In this document: one piece after another, positions 56,667 to 64,000 of the stretch
Layout: every line of letters starts with the position of its first letter
Position numbering within the stretch: position 1 is the stretch's first letter
Assembly (NCBI GenBank): GCA_039814575.1
Contig: JBCCAY010000006.1
Location: 109,820-173,819 of the forward strand
Length of the DNA: 64,000 bases
Direction of reading: 5' to 3'
DNA from: Pseudomonadota bacterium
GTDB taxonomy: Bacteria > Pseudomonadota > Alphaproteobacteria > Caulobacterales > Parvularculaceae
Notes under the pieces: generated by a model
The model's input: only the letters and a program-made list of their open reading frames with translations
What the model was told of the DNA's origin: nothing
Databases searched by the model: none
Position numbers and translations under genes: made by a program

Positions 56667-57461
56667 ATGGCAGATACTCCACCCCCGACGCCGGACTTCA
56701 ATGGCGGCCCTAATCGCGCGCCCAACGTGAACGATACGACACATCCAACTGACATCGGCCCGAACAATCCAACCGACAATGAGCGGCGTCTCTCGAAGAC
56801 CGCTAAGACCCTTGTCGATGTCGGTCCGCTTGCCGTGTTTTTCATCGTCTATTTCTTCGGGCGACGCCTTGCGCCCGTAATCGGCAGCGCTTTTGGTCAA
56901 AACTGGTCAATCGCCGACGGCGGCGAGCTGTTTGCAGCGCTCATCGCCTATATGCCTGTTTTCGGCGTGGCTTTTCTTTACAGCTTATGGCGCGAACGCC
57001 GGGTTGGACCGATGCTCGTCGTCAGTTTTGTGGTGGTCGTTCTGCTCGGATCGCTAACGCTGATTTTCAAGGATCGGACGTTTTTCTACATGAAGCCGAC
57101 GATCGCCTACACGCTGTTCGCAACAACATTGGCAGGCGGCCTCTTCTCCGGACGGAATTTCTTGAAACTGGCGTTTGACGGCGCGCTTAGCCTGCCCGAC
57201 GCGGCATGGCTGACGCTGACGAAACGCTACGCCGTCTTTTTCGCCGTTCTTGCTGTCGCCCATGAGATCATCTGGCGGTGGCTGATGTGGGGGTGCGATA
57301 TCAACGCCGGCCCACGCTGCCCCGGTGAACCAGTTTGGGTGAACGTCAAATTGTTTGGGTTTACTGCAATCAATATTGTATTTGCCGCCGCCCAGGCTCC
57401 ATTCCTGGCAAAACACCTCGAAGCAGAGACGGCAAATACTGAAAACGTTGGGTCAGATTGA
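56667..57461 (+). CDS. yciB: Inner-membrane septation protein A / YciB family, with N-terminal extension
   Basis: LVDVGPLAVFFIVYFF..., TFFYMKPTI, and a five-TM YciB topology. The first ~45 aa are an extra Pro/Asn/Thr-rich segment. Confidence 0.82.
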   Translation: MADTPPPTPDFNGGPNRAPNVNDTTHPTDIGPNNPTDNERRLSKTAKTLVDVGPLAVFFIVYFFGRRLAPVIGSAFGQNWSIADGGELFAALIAYMPVFGVAFLYSLWRERRVGPMLVVSFVVVVLLGSLTLIFKDRTFFYMKPTIAYTLFATTLAGGLFSGRNFLKLAFDGALSLPDAAWLTLTKRYAVFFAVLAVAHEIIWRWLMWGCDINAGPRCPGEPVWVNVKLFGFTAINIVFAAAQAPFLAKHLEAETANTENVGSD

Positions 57462-57560
57462 ACAACGAGCTCAAACAAGGCCAATTAATGCCAGAACACG
57501 GGCTGAAGCTCCCTATGGTTTGTTGACTAAGAAAAGATGTTCTGAGGCGCATTATGCGCT

Positions 57561-58148
57561 CTAAACCCCATCCGCAGGGTTCGAGTAAACGGCGAAATCC
57601 GTCAGGTCTTTTGACTCTCGCCACTGGCGCAAGGCGTAGCCGACAGTAGGGAAAGCTAGGTCTTCCCACGGAATATCCGCCCACGCGAAGAGCCCAACCT
57701 CTTCGCTTTCAGGGCCGGCGGAGACATCAGGGGTCTCAAGCGTCGCACGGAACATAATCTGGACCTGACCAATGCGTTCAATACTGTAAACGGCCAGAAC
57801 GCGATCAATAACAAGCCGCGCGCGCGCCTCTTCCCAAGCTTCACGGCGGGCGCCCGCTTCAACGCTCTCGCCAAGCTCCATATAGCCCGCTGGCAGGGTC
57901 CAATAGCCTTTTCGCGGCTCAATCGCCCGTTTGCACAACAAGATACGATCGTCATAAAGAGCGACCGATCCAACGACAATTTTCGGATTTTGATAGTCGA
58001 CGAACCCACAATGGCCGCAAACGGACCGTGTTCGATCGTCTCCAGGCGGAACGGCCTCGCGAAAATTCGGCTGTAAAGACGCCTCATTGGCGTCAGAAAG
58101 GGTATAACTTTGGCCTTTGTCGGCTTTATCATCGTTATCTGACATCAT
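57561..58148 (-). CDS. NUDIX hydrolase with N-terminal zinc-ribbon
   Basis: CGHCGFVDYQNPKIVVG (zinc-ribbon_NUD) and the Nudix box GYMELGESVEAGARREAWEEA. AGGAG lies 5 nt upstream of the chosen ATG. Confidence 0.85.
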   Translation of the reverse strand: MMSDNDDKADKGQSYTLSDANEASLQPNFREAVPPGDDRTRSVCGHCGFVDYQNPKIVVGSVALYDDRILLCKRAIEPRKGYWTLPAGYMELGESVEAGARREAWEEARARLVIDRVLAVYSIERIGQVQIMFRATLETPDVSAGPESEEVGLFAWADIPWEDLAFPTVGYALRQWRESKDLTDFAVYSNPADGV

Positions 58149-58525
58149 CCGTCTCCTGTCGGTCCGCCTCAAGAGGGTATGAAATTCATCCGCTCAGGGC
58201 CATTTTTTCCCCAAATTCGCAAAACTGTTGCAATTTTGCCGCTGACTGGATAACGGCAATAGTTTATTAACGCTCAGAGTTCAAATCATCCGCGTCGGGT
58301 TTGATTCGATCCGTTCGCCCTAAAATGCGCTAGCCAAGACTGTTTTGATGCTTGCGCTTAATTGATCAACGAAACCGAGTTTCCGGTTTAGACGGTCAAA
58401 CATAGGGGGAGAGGCGAAGGTCAATATCCGGGATGTCACCCTGAAAGCCGTCCTTTCTTGGCCACGCCCCGTCAGCAAGGTCAAACCGATAGGATCCGGC
58501 CACACACCAGACGGAGAAGCTTACA

Positions 58526-59095
58526 TTGGCTTACGATCTTAGAAAATCACCGGGACACCTGCTGCGCCGGGCTCAGCAATTTGCGCACGACCTTTATTCG
58601 AAAGAAGTGGGCTCCTCGGGCCCGACGCCGCGCCAATTTGAAGTGCTGCACACGGTCGCCGCAAACGAAGGCCTCAGCCAGACCGATCTCGTGCGCGCAA
58701 CCGGCATCGACCGCTCGACGCTGGCCGACATGATCGCTCGGATGATCAAAAAAGGCCTTCTGTCCCGCTCGCGCACCAAAGAAGACGCGCGTGCGAACGC
58801 CGTCAGCATTACGGCAGCCGGCAAGCGCATGCTGAACGGTGCGATGGCGAGCGTAAACAAGTCAGAACGCGCCGCTCTCGCCGTTCTGCCGAAAACGCAA
58901 CAAGCCGCCTTCATGAAAGCGCTCGGCGCCTACGCGGAAGCGCTCGACAAAATGGAAGCGGCCGCGCCGGCCCCGCGCAAAAAACGCGCAACCAAGAAAA
59001 AAGCCGCCGCTAAGAAAAAAGCACCGGCTAAGCGCAAGACCGCTAAGAAAGCGACGAAGAAGCGCAAAGCAACGAAAAAACGCGGCCGTCGCTAA
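58526..59095 (+). CDS. MarR family transcriptional regulator with lysine-rich H1-like C-terminal tail
   Basis: TTG start with GGAG upstream. The winged helix is PRQFEVLHTVAANEGLSQTDLVRATGIDRSTLADMIARMIKKGLL. The C-terminal ~45 aa are PRKKRATKKKAAAKKKAPAKRKTAKKATKKRKATKKRGRR. Confidence 0.85.
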   Translation: MAYDLRKSPGHLLRRAQQFAHDLYSKEVGSSGPTPRQFEVLHTVAANEGLSQTDLVRATGIDRSTLADMIARMIKKGLLSRSRTKEDARANAVSITAAGKRMLNGAMASVNKSERAALAVLPKTQQAAFMKALGAYAEALDKMEAAAPAPRKKRATKKKAAAKKKAPAKRKTAKKATKKRKATKKRGRR

Positions 59096-59131
59096 CGGCC
59101 CGCCCCGCCTTATCGGGGCGTCAATAACAAT

Positions 59132-59171
59132 AAAAGAGGCCGCTTGGGATCATCCCGAGCGGCCTCTTTTT
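59132..59171 (+). terminator. Strong bidirectional rho-independent terminator (marR / SpoU-methyltransferase convergent pair)
   Basis: aaaagaggccgc...gcggcctctttt is a perfect 12-bp outer stem that extends inward. It is flanked by an A-run and a T-run. Confidence 0.7.
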
Positions 59172-59248
59172 GCCCCCATCTACTCTCTTCAAAGCCGTCA
59201 GGTGGCCCCCTCACCATTGGACCACGCCCGAAATTCAGCCGGGTCTAT

Positions 59249-59800
59249 TCAACGCCGTTTAACCGGACGCCAATCTTCCGCAGGCGGCGGGGTCTTACCA
59301 CTTCCCCCGACGCGACGCCCGCCATCAACAAGACCGCTTAAATCACGATCAGCCCCGCCAAGGGCGATCATGCGGTCATACATGACAATGGCGGCGGCGA
59401 CAGACAAATTGACGCAAAATTTCGTCGGGATTTTGATGAGATGATCGCACGCGGCGACCGCCTCCTCCGACAAACTCCCTTTCTCCGGCCCCAAAAGGTA
59501 CGCCGCCTGCAACGGGTGCCGAAAACGCGGCAGCACCGCCGCCCGCTCATCAAGCTCGACACCGACAAGCGCGCATCCCTTCGGTAAGCGCATATCGTCA
59601 AGGGTCGGCCAATCATAGAGCGGCACATGGCGCTCCGCCGCCGATGTATCCGCGTGCAATACATCGCGCACCCGGTGTTGCACGCCGAGGGTGAAAACGA
59701 ACCGCGCATCAAATGCATGCGCCGTTCGTAACACAGCGCCCAAATTCATCGCCTTTGAAATGCGTTCCGAGCCAATGCCGAAATAACCGCGCAAGGGCAA
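59249..59800 (-). CDS. SpoU/TrmH family RNA 2'-O-methyltransferase
   Basis: NLGAVLRTAHAF..., LLGPEKGSLSEEAV..., and IKIPTKFCVNLSVAAAIVMYD are the SpoU motifs 1-3. Confidence 0.85.
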   Translation of the reverse strand: MPLRGYFGIGSERISKAMNLGAVLRTAHAFDARFVFTLGVQHRVRDVLHADTSAAERHVPLYDWPTLDDMRLPKGCALVGVELDERAAVLPRFRHPLQAAYLLGPEKGSLSEEAVAACDHLIKIPTKFCVNLSVAAAIVMYDRMIALGGADRDLSGLVDGGRRVGGSGKTPPPAEDWRPVKRR

Positions 59801-59879
59801 ACCTCCTCCTAGGCTGATTGCGCCGACAACACCTTCGCCGGCGCCCGAAAATCAGAGTGCCAACGTCAAAACGCCAACG

Positions 59880-60680
59880 TCAGAGCGCTAACGTTAGGGA
59901 AACCGGCGCGTGGTCTGATGGTTTCGTCCAGCCGCGCACATCGTCGTGGATGCAATACGCCTCAGGACCATTCACCGTGGCGGCTTTATGGAGCGCCTTA
60001 CTCGCCCAAATATGATCGAGCCGACGGCCGCGATTAGACGCACGCCAATCACGCGCTCGATACGACCACCACGTATAGAGCTTTTCATCCTCATCAGTGA
60101 GGGCGCGCGCCACATCCAGCCAATCCCCTGCTGCGCGCACCTTCTCTAAGGCGTCCGTTTCAACGGGCGTGTGGGAGACGACGCGTAACAATTGCTTATG
60201 GGACCAGACATCGTTCTCGTGCGGCGCGACGTTCAGATCGCCCACCAGCACGGCCTTGGCGCGCGCGCCGGGCTTATCCATGGCCGCCATTTCAGCTAGA
60301 AACTTTAGTTTGTGGTCGAATTTCTCATTGATCTTCGGGTCAGGCTCATCGCCGCCGGCGGGAACATAAAAGTTATGCACACGAACGCCGCCTATCGCCG
60401 TCGCCGCCACATAGCGGGCGTCGTCTTTACCGCAAAACGAGGGGGTTTCAATTTTCTTCAACGGCGCCCGAGCGACAATCGCAACGCCATGGTGCCCCCC
60501 CTGACCGAACACCGCGTGGTGAGCGTACCCCGCCTTGTCAAAGGCCTTTGCAGGAAACTGATCGCTATGGCACTTAATCTCTTGCAGGCAGAGAACGTCA
60601 GGGGCTTCGCGCTCCAAGAACTGCAGCACGCTGTCAATACGAAGGCGGACGGAGTTGATATTCCAGGTGGTGATTTTCAT
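59880..60680 (-). CDS. xthA: Exodeoxyribonuclease III
   Basis: MKITTWNINSVRLR..., LCLQEIK, GDLNVAP, DHIW, and SDHAPV are the EEP-nuclease motifs. I trimmed the start to MKITTW; the upstream 148 codons of the ORF look like non-coding read-through. Confidence 0.92.
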   Translation of the reverse strand: MKITTWNINSVRLRIDSVLQFLEREAPDVLCLQEIKCHSDQFPAKAFDKAGYAHHAVFGQGGHHGVAIVARAPLKKIETPSFCGKDDARYVAATAIGGVRVHNFYVPAGGDEPDPKINEKFDHKLKFLAEMAAMDKPGARAKAVLVGDLNVAPHENDVWSHKQLLRVVSHTPVETDALEKVRAAGDWLDVARALTDEDEKLYTWWSYRARDWRASNRGRRLDHIWASKALHKAATVNGPEAYCIHDDVRGWTKPSDHAPVSLTLAL

Positions 60681-60873
60681 CAAAAGGCGAATTGTTTGAA
60701 GGTTGACAAATGACGGGCGGATATTGGCGAGAGGCGGAACAAGCTCTGTCTTTTTCAGGAAACGCTGTGCGGAGCGCCGCCCCTGACCAGGAATACAAAA
60801 GAGCGGCGCGCGTCCGTCGTCAAGGCCGCACGCGCGTTCATAGACAGGCGCCGAAACGGGGAGTCGCTGAAAA

Positions 60874-61656
60874 ATGACCCTACTGCCGGAGGGCGTCGGC
60901 GCGCTCGCCGCATTGCTCGTCATCGCCGCGAGCTTTATCGGCGCCTTCGTCACCGCGGCGTTCGGCCTTGGCGGCGGGCTTTTTCTCTTAGCGGTTATGG
61001 GCGCAGCGTTTCCAGCGCTCAGCATTGTCCCCGTACACGGCGTCGCGCAACTTGGCGCCAACGCCAGTCGTTTCGGGTTTTTAGCGCGCCACGCCGTATG
61101 GCCCTCTATCGCCTGGTTCGCCACCGGCGCGGTGATCGGAGCGGCCCTCGGCGCCCGGCTTTACGTCGCCGTGCCGCCATGGATCTTGAAGCTGGCGATT
61201 GCCGGTTTCATACTCATTGCCCTGTTTGCGCCCAAGCTGCGCGGCTTCAATCCGAGCCCGGCGGTTTTTGGCGGCGCCGGGGCCGTCAGCTCCGTCTTGA
61301 CGATGTTTGTGGGGGCGACCGGTCCATTCGTCGCCGGGGTACTGACCACGAGCGCCTATAATCGCCTGCAGCTCGTATCAACGCACGCCGCGATGATGGC
61401 GGCGCAGCACGGTCTAAAAACCTTGGCCTTCGGCGCTTTAGGCTTCGCTTTCGCCGAGTGGGCGTTCATCATTACCGGCATCGTTCTCGCGGGGTTCGCC
61501 GGATCGTGGCTCGGCGCGCGGCGATTGGCGAAAACGACTGAGGGTCAATTTCAGCAGATCTTTAAGATGATCCTCACCGGCCTTGCGCTCTACTTGATGG
61601 TCTCCGGCATTTTGGACGCCCTCGCCATTCCACGCGGACAAGCTGAGGCAGGCTAG
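60874..61656 (+). CDS. TSUP (TauE/SafE) family anion exporter membrane protein (second copy in window)
   Basis: 260 aa with 7-8 hydrophobic helices. GLGGG and PVHGVAQLG-type motifs are shared with the first copy at 12211-12981. Confidence 0.75.
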   Translation: MTLLPEGVGALAALLVIAASFIGAFVTAAFGLGGGLFLLAVMGAAFPALSIVPVHGVAQLGANASRFGFLARHAVWPSIAWFATGAVIGAALGARLYVAVPPWILKLAIAGFILIALFAPKLRGFNPSPAVFGGAGAVSSVLTMFVGATGPFVAGVLTTSAYNRLQLVSTHAAMMAAQHGLKTLAFGALGFAFAEWAFIITGIVLAGFAGSWLGARRLAKTTEGQFQQIFKMILTGLALYLMVSGILDALAIPRGQAEAG

Positions 61657-61662
61657 TTTTTG

Positions 61663-62259
61663 CTAGAATATATTGAACGTCTGCCCAGCGACGCCGATCG
61701 GCCAGCGACCAAATTCAAACAATTGAAACTTGGCCGTGAACGGATGGTCCTCTGGATCAAAATCAGGGTCTTCGCCGGCGACGAGCGTCAACATCGCCTG
61801 GTGCGCTGCTTGCACGGCAGCGCCGACCGCGAGCTGACGCAAGGCCTCATCCGCGACATCCCCAAGGCTTCCCGCCTCTTCCGCCGCCGCGCCGGCGAAC
61901 GATGAAACCCCGTCAGCGGCGGCGGCCATACAAAACGTCATCGCTTCTTCCGACAAACGCTCCGCCGCGCGGGCCGTGACGTCGGCGCGCAATAATTCCT
62001 CCGCCTCCCACGCCGGCGTATTCCAATCCAAATTCTCCGCAGCGGCGCCGGCGTCGTCCCAGTCCGGAACAATGGCGATATCAGCGCTCGGAAAGCCTAG
62101 ACCATCGGCGAACCGCAGCGCCGCGGCGCGGCCGCCCGCCGATATCGGCTCGCCTAGATTGGCGAACCACGGGATCGCCGACAGCCCCTGGACAAACCGA
62201 CCGACCGCAGCAAGGCCCGGCAAATCGTGCGCTAGGCTTTCGAATTCTTCTTCATCCAT
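61663..62259 (-). CDS. Hypothetical acidic protein, 198 aa
   Basis: I trimmed the start to MDEEEFESL. I recognise no motif. It is convergent with the TSUP gene, with only a 6-bp gap. Confidence 0.45.
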   Translation of the reverse strand: MDEEEFESLAHDLPGLAAVGRFVQGLSAIPWFANLGEPISAGGRAAALRFADGLGFPSADIAIVPDWDDAGAAAENLDWNTPAWEAEELLRADVTARAAERLSEEAMTFCMAAAADGVSSFAGAAAEEAGSLGDVADEALRQLAVGAAVQAAHQAMLTLVAGEDPDFDPEDHPFTAKFQLFEFGRWPIGVAGQTFNIF

Positions 62260-62441
62260 TCTTCGGATCCACCGCCATGGGATTAAAACAACGCTCCGCG
62301 TTAGCTGACACAAACTCTTACGCGCATGCGGGAGACGTTCGCATAGCAGACACCGCACAATTAACGAAAAGCATCAGGTAAAGAAAAGCGCCGAGTAAAG
62401 AAAAGCGTCAGGCTAAAAATTCAGCACGATCAGGACGGCGC

Positions 62442-62476
62442 AAAAAAAAAGCGCCCGGCCGTTGAGACCGGGCGCC
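62442..62476 (-). terminator. Rho-independent terminator (minus strand)
   Basis: The stem is gcgcccgg / ccgggcgc, and on the minus strand it is followed by a run of nine U (plus-strand a9 at 62442-62450). Confidence 0.75.
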
Positions 62477-62585
62477 AAGCTGCGCTGTTGCGCCTGCGCC
62501 GGGAGGGGATAATCCGGCGGTTCCGGCGACCGGGGGACCTGCTAGCGGGGGGGCAACGCTGGTCCAAATATCTGGCCGCCTTCAC
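62442..62585 (-). ncRNA. Candidate trans-acting sRNA (~145 nt) with two C-rich anti-SD-like loops
   Basis: On the minus strand there is a sigma70-like promoter, TTGAAA (62621-62616) - 18 nt - TAATGT (62597-62592). It is followed by hairpin 1, GGACCAGCG[UUGCCCCCC]CGCU..GGUCC, then hairpin 2, CGCCGG[AUUAUCCCCUC]CCGGCG. A GC-rich terminator with U9 follows. There is no ORF. The 5' end is an estimate. Confidence 0.4.
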
Positions 62586-62801
62586 AGTGTTACATTAATG
62601 CCTCTAGCATCGACTTTTCAATAGCTAATTGTAAAAAATCACTTGCCTGTGATTGGGAGACAAGCGCAGCCGGAACTCGCCGAATTTCAGATCCGTCTCT
62701 GCCGCGACCTACTAAGCTGTTGTAAAAAAAGACGTATTTTCCGGCCCAGTTTCCTATCGCTATTCAACGGCGCCGCAATCGCGCAATTCGGCGGGATCTG
62801 C

Positions 62802-63851
62802 CTAATTGTTAATAAATTGACCGCCCGCTTCCGGCGTCCGGAACAACCGATTCGCGAGCTTCGCGCCTGGTTCGCGGTTAGAGAGCGTTACGACCGTCAG
62901 ACCCTGCTGTGGATCGCGGACAATCCACTGTTTGAGCGCCAATTCAGGCGCATCGAAAACGGCGGTTAAATCGCCTTCGGCGTCGCCTTCTGGATCGGCG
63001 AACGTGACCGAAACGCTGTCCTCGCCGCGATAGACGCTAATGACCTCAAGCTCTTCCAAAGAGACCTTTTTCGAAAGCAGAAAACGCAATGGCGTTTGGT
63101 TAACGGGATAGGAATCCGTCGTCTCAAGCGCATTGTCGCGCACATAGACAAAGCCTTGGCTCGCGACGATCAGCAACGGCGCATCATCATTGGCGTCGGT
63201 CGCCGTCCCATATTGCATGCGCAATTGCCGCGGTCGGCGCAGCCAGAACTTACCTTGCGTGATTGCGCCGGACGGTGCGGCCTGACGAAAATCAGCCTTC
63301 AGCGTATTCAGCACCTGCAAGTGGTCGATGATTTTCTCAACAACAGCATCATCGGTTTCGCTCTCGAACACCGGCGCAGCCTGTCGGTTAGGCGCACTCT
63401 CTTCCGGTTCGTTTAACGGCGCAGGCTCTGACCGTTCACTTAGCCCAGGGAAAGTTTCAGAGACAATTTCATCGTCCGACGAAGCGTCCAGAATTAATCC
63501 GTCTACAGTGATTTCAACGTTACTGTCAGCATCCGCCCCCGAGACCATCTCTGGGCTCGTCTCTGGATTCTTTTTTGGGCCCGCCTCATCGGCCCCTTGC
63601 GCCGGCGGCTCAACGATGCCCGGCAGGCGGTCGTCCTTTGCGCTCGGATCGTTCGACGCCCCGCTATCGCCCGCGTCAAATGTAATCGTTTTCTTATCTT
63701 TCAGCGGCGCGGCAAGACCGGTAGGCGTTTCAGAGACCTCACGCGTCGCACCTGCGGATACACGTTCGTCTGCCGCTGCGGCATCCATCACTGCGGCCTC
63801 GACCAAGGTCGCGCCGTTAAGCGCCAAAACCGCTGTCATCGTTAGAAACAT
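62802..63851 (-). CDS. lolA: LolA-like outer-membrane lipoprotein carrier protein with long acidic N-terminal linker
   Basis: The C-terminal ~190 aa have LolA-fold motifs (LKADFRQ...QGKFWLRRPRQLRMQY...LIVASQGFVYVRD...). The start at MFLTMTAVLALNG has AAGGAGG 6 nt upstream. About 150 aa of D/E/S/P-rich sequence lie between the signal peptide and the LolA domain. Confidence 0.75.
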   Translation of the reverse strand: MFLTMTAVLALNGATLVEAAVMDAAAADERVSAGATREVSETPTGLAAPLKDKKTITFDAGDSGASNDPSAKDDRLPGIVEPPAQGADEAGPKKNPETSPEMVSGADADSNVEITVDGLILDASSDDEIVSETFPGLSERSEPAPLNEPEESAPNRQAAPVFESETDDAVVEKIIDHLQVLNTLKADFRQAAPSGAITQGKFWLRRPRQLRMQYGTATDANDDAPLLIVASQGFVYVRDNALETTDSYPVNQTPLRFLLSKKVSLEELEVISVYRGEDSVSVTFADPEGDAEGDLTAVFDAPELALKQWIVRDPQQGLTVVTLSNREPGAKLANRLFRTPEAGGQFINN

Positions 63852-64000
63852 CCGCAACCTCCTTGCCCGTAACATCGTTATATCACCTACCAAGCAAGCG
63901 CCCACGGCGAAACCAAGCGTTCGAGACGGCCGTAATAAGGCAAACGCTCACAAATGCGTTAGCCCTTATAAATCGACAGAGCAGATTGTTACCGCTCACC

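Noticed and set aside
58261-58320. gagttcaaatcatcc, which resembles a tRNA T-arm, in the NUDIX/MarR spacer.
   Set aside because: No acceptor stem, D-arm or anticodon arm can be drawn around it. I found no tRNA in any intergenic region.
60681-61124. 148-codon N-terminal extension of the xthA ORF.
   Set aside because: Exonuclease III begins at MKITTWNINS. The extension overlaps the divergent TSUP gene's promoter and start region and is Ala/Pro/Ser-rich filler.
62476-62640. Idea that the structured minus-strand RNA is SRP (4.5S) RNA, 6S RNA or tmRNA. SRP RNA was tempting because ftsY is nearby.
   Set aside because: The near-invariant SRP domain-IV sequence (…GGUCAGGUCCGGAAGGAAGCAGCC…) is absent. 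There is no tag-peptide reading frame or tRNA-like end for tmRNA, and no long closing stem with a central bubble obvious for 6S. I kept it only as an unclassified sRNA candidate.
1-64000. Search for CRISPR arrays, transposases or integrases, prophage or defence islands.
   Set aside because: There are no spacer-repeat arrays and no recombinase, transposase, restriction, toxin-antitoxin or phage structural genes. Apart from the 52.0-52.5 kb spacer, composition looks uniform by eye. The window appears to be core chromosome.

Overview
This looks like a chromosomal, mostly housekeeping segment of a GC-rich alphaproteobacterium. The assignment rests on gene content and order: argC / lysA-lipoprotein-argH / tlpA, ygfZ-pyrC, rdgB-hemW, metK, the miaB-phoH-ybeY-corC-lnt operon, fur-rimI-tsaB, nfu, maeB, amn, rsmI-yraN-BON-gshB, lptFG, flbT, mtaB, ftsY, xthA and lolA. 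I call about 60 protein-coding genes, many joined by ATGA/GTGA/TAATG overlaps. I found no rRNA, tRNA, CRISPR array, transposase, integrase or recognisable defence-gene island, so I cannot point to a clearly novel system. The parts worth a second look are listed below. (1) A bacterial sphingolipid/ceramide cluster at about 34.9-40.7 kb: serine palmitoyltransferase, a dedicated ACP, an SDR reductase, a GNAT-like acyltransferase coupled to a glutaminyl cyclase, and DUF2141. (2) Two GT4 glycosyltransferases plus a polytopic membrane protein, start-coupled to gshB. (3) A stand-alone exosortase-EpsI fusion with no visible substrate or EPS genes, next to a 5-copy ~17-bp tandem repeat. (4) A 252-aa ORF made entirely of histone-H1-tail-like basic repeats, divergent from ftsY, and a MarR regulator 3.3 kb away with a similar lysine-rich tail. 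(5) A candidate ~145-nt sRNA with a promoter, two C-rich anti-SD-like loops and a strong terminator. (6) A nested perfect palindromic REP/MITE-like element. (7) An orphan flbT behind a visibly A/T-richer gap. Start codons are often uncertain because the ORF track extends to the longest ATG/GTG/TTG; where I trimmed a start I say why.
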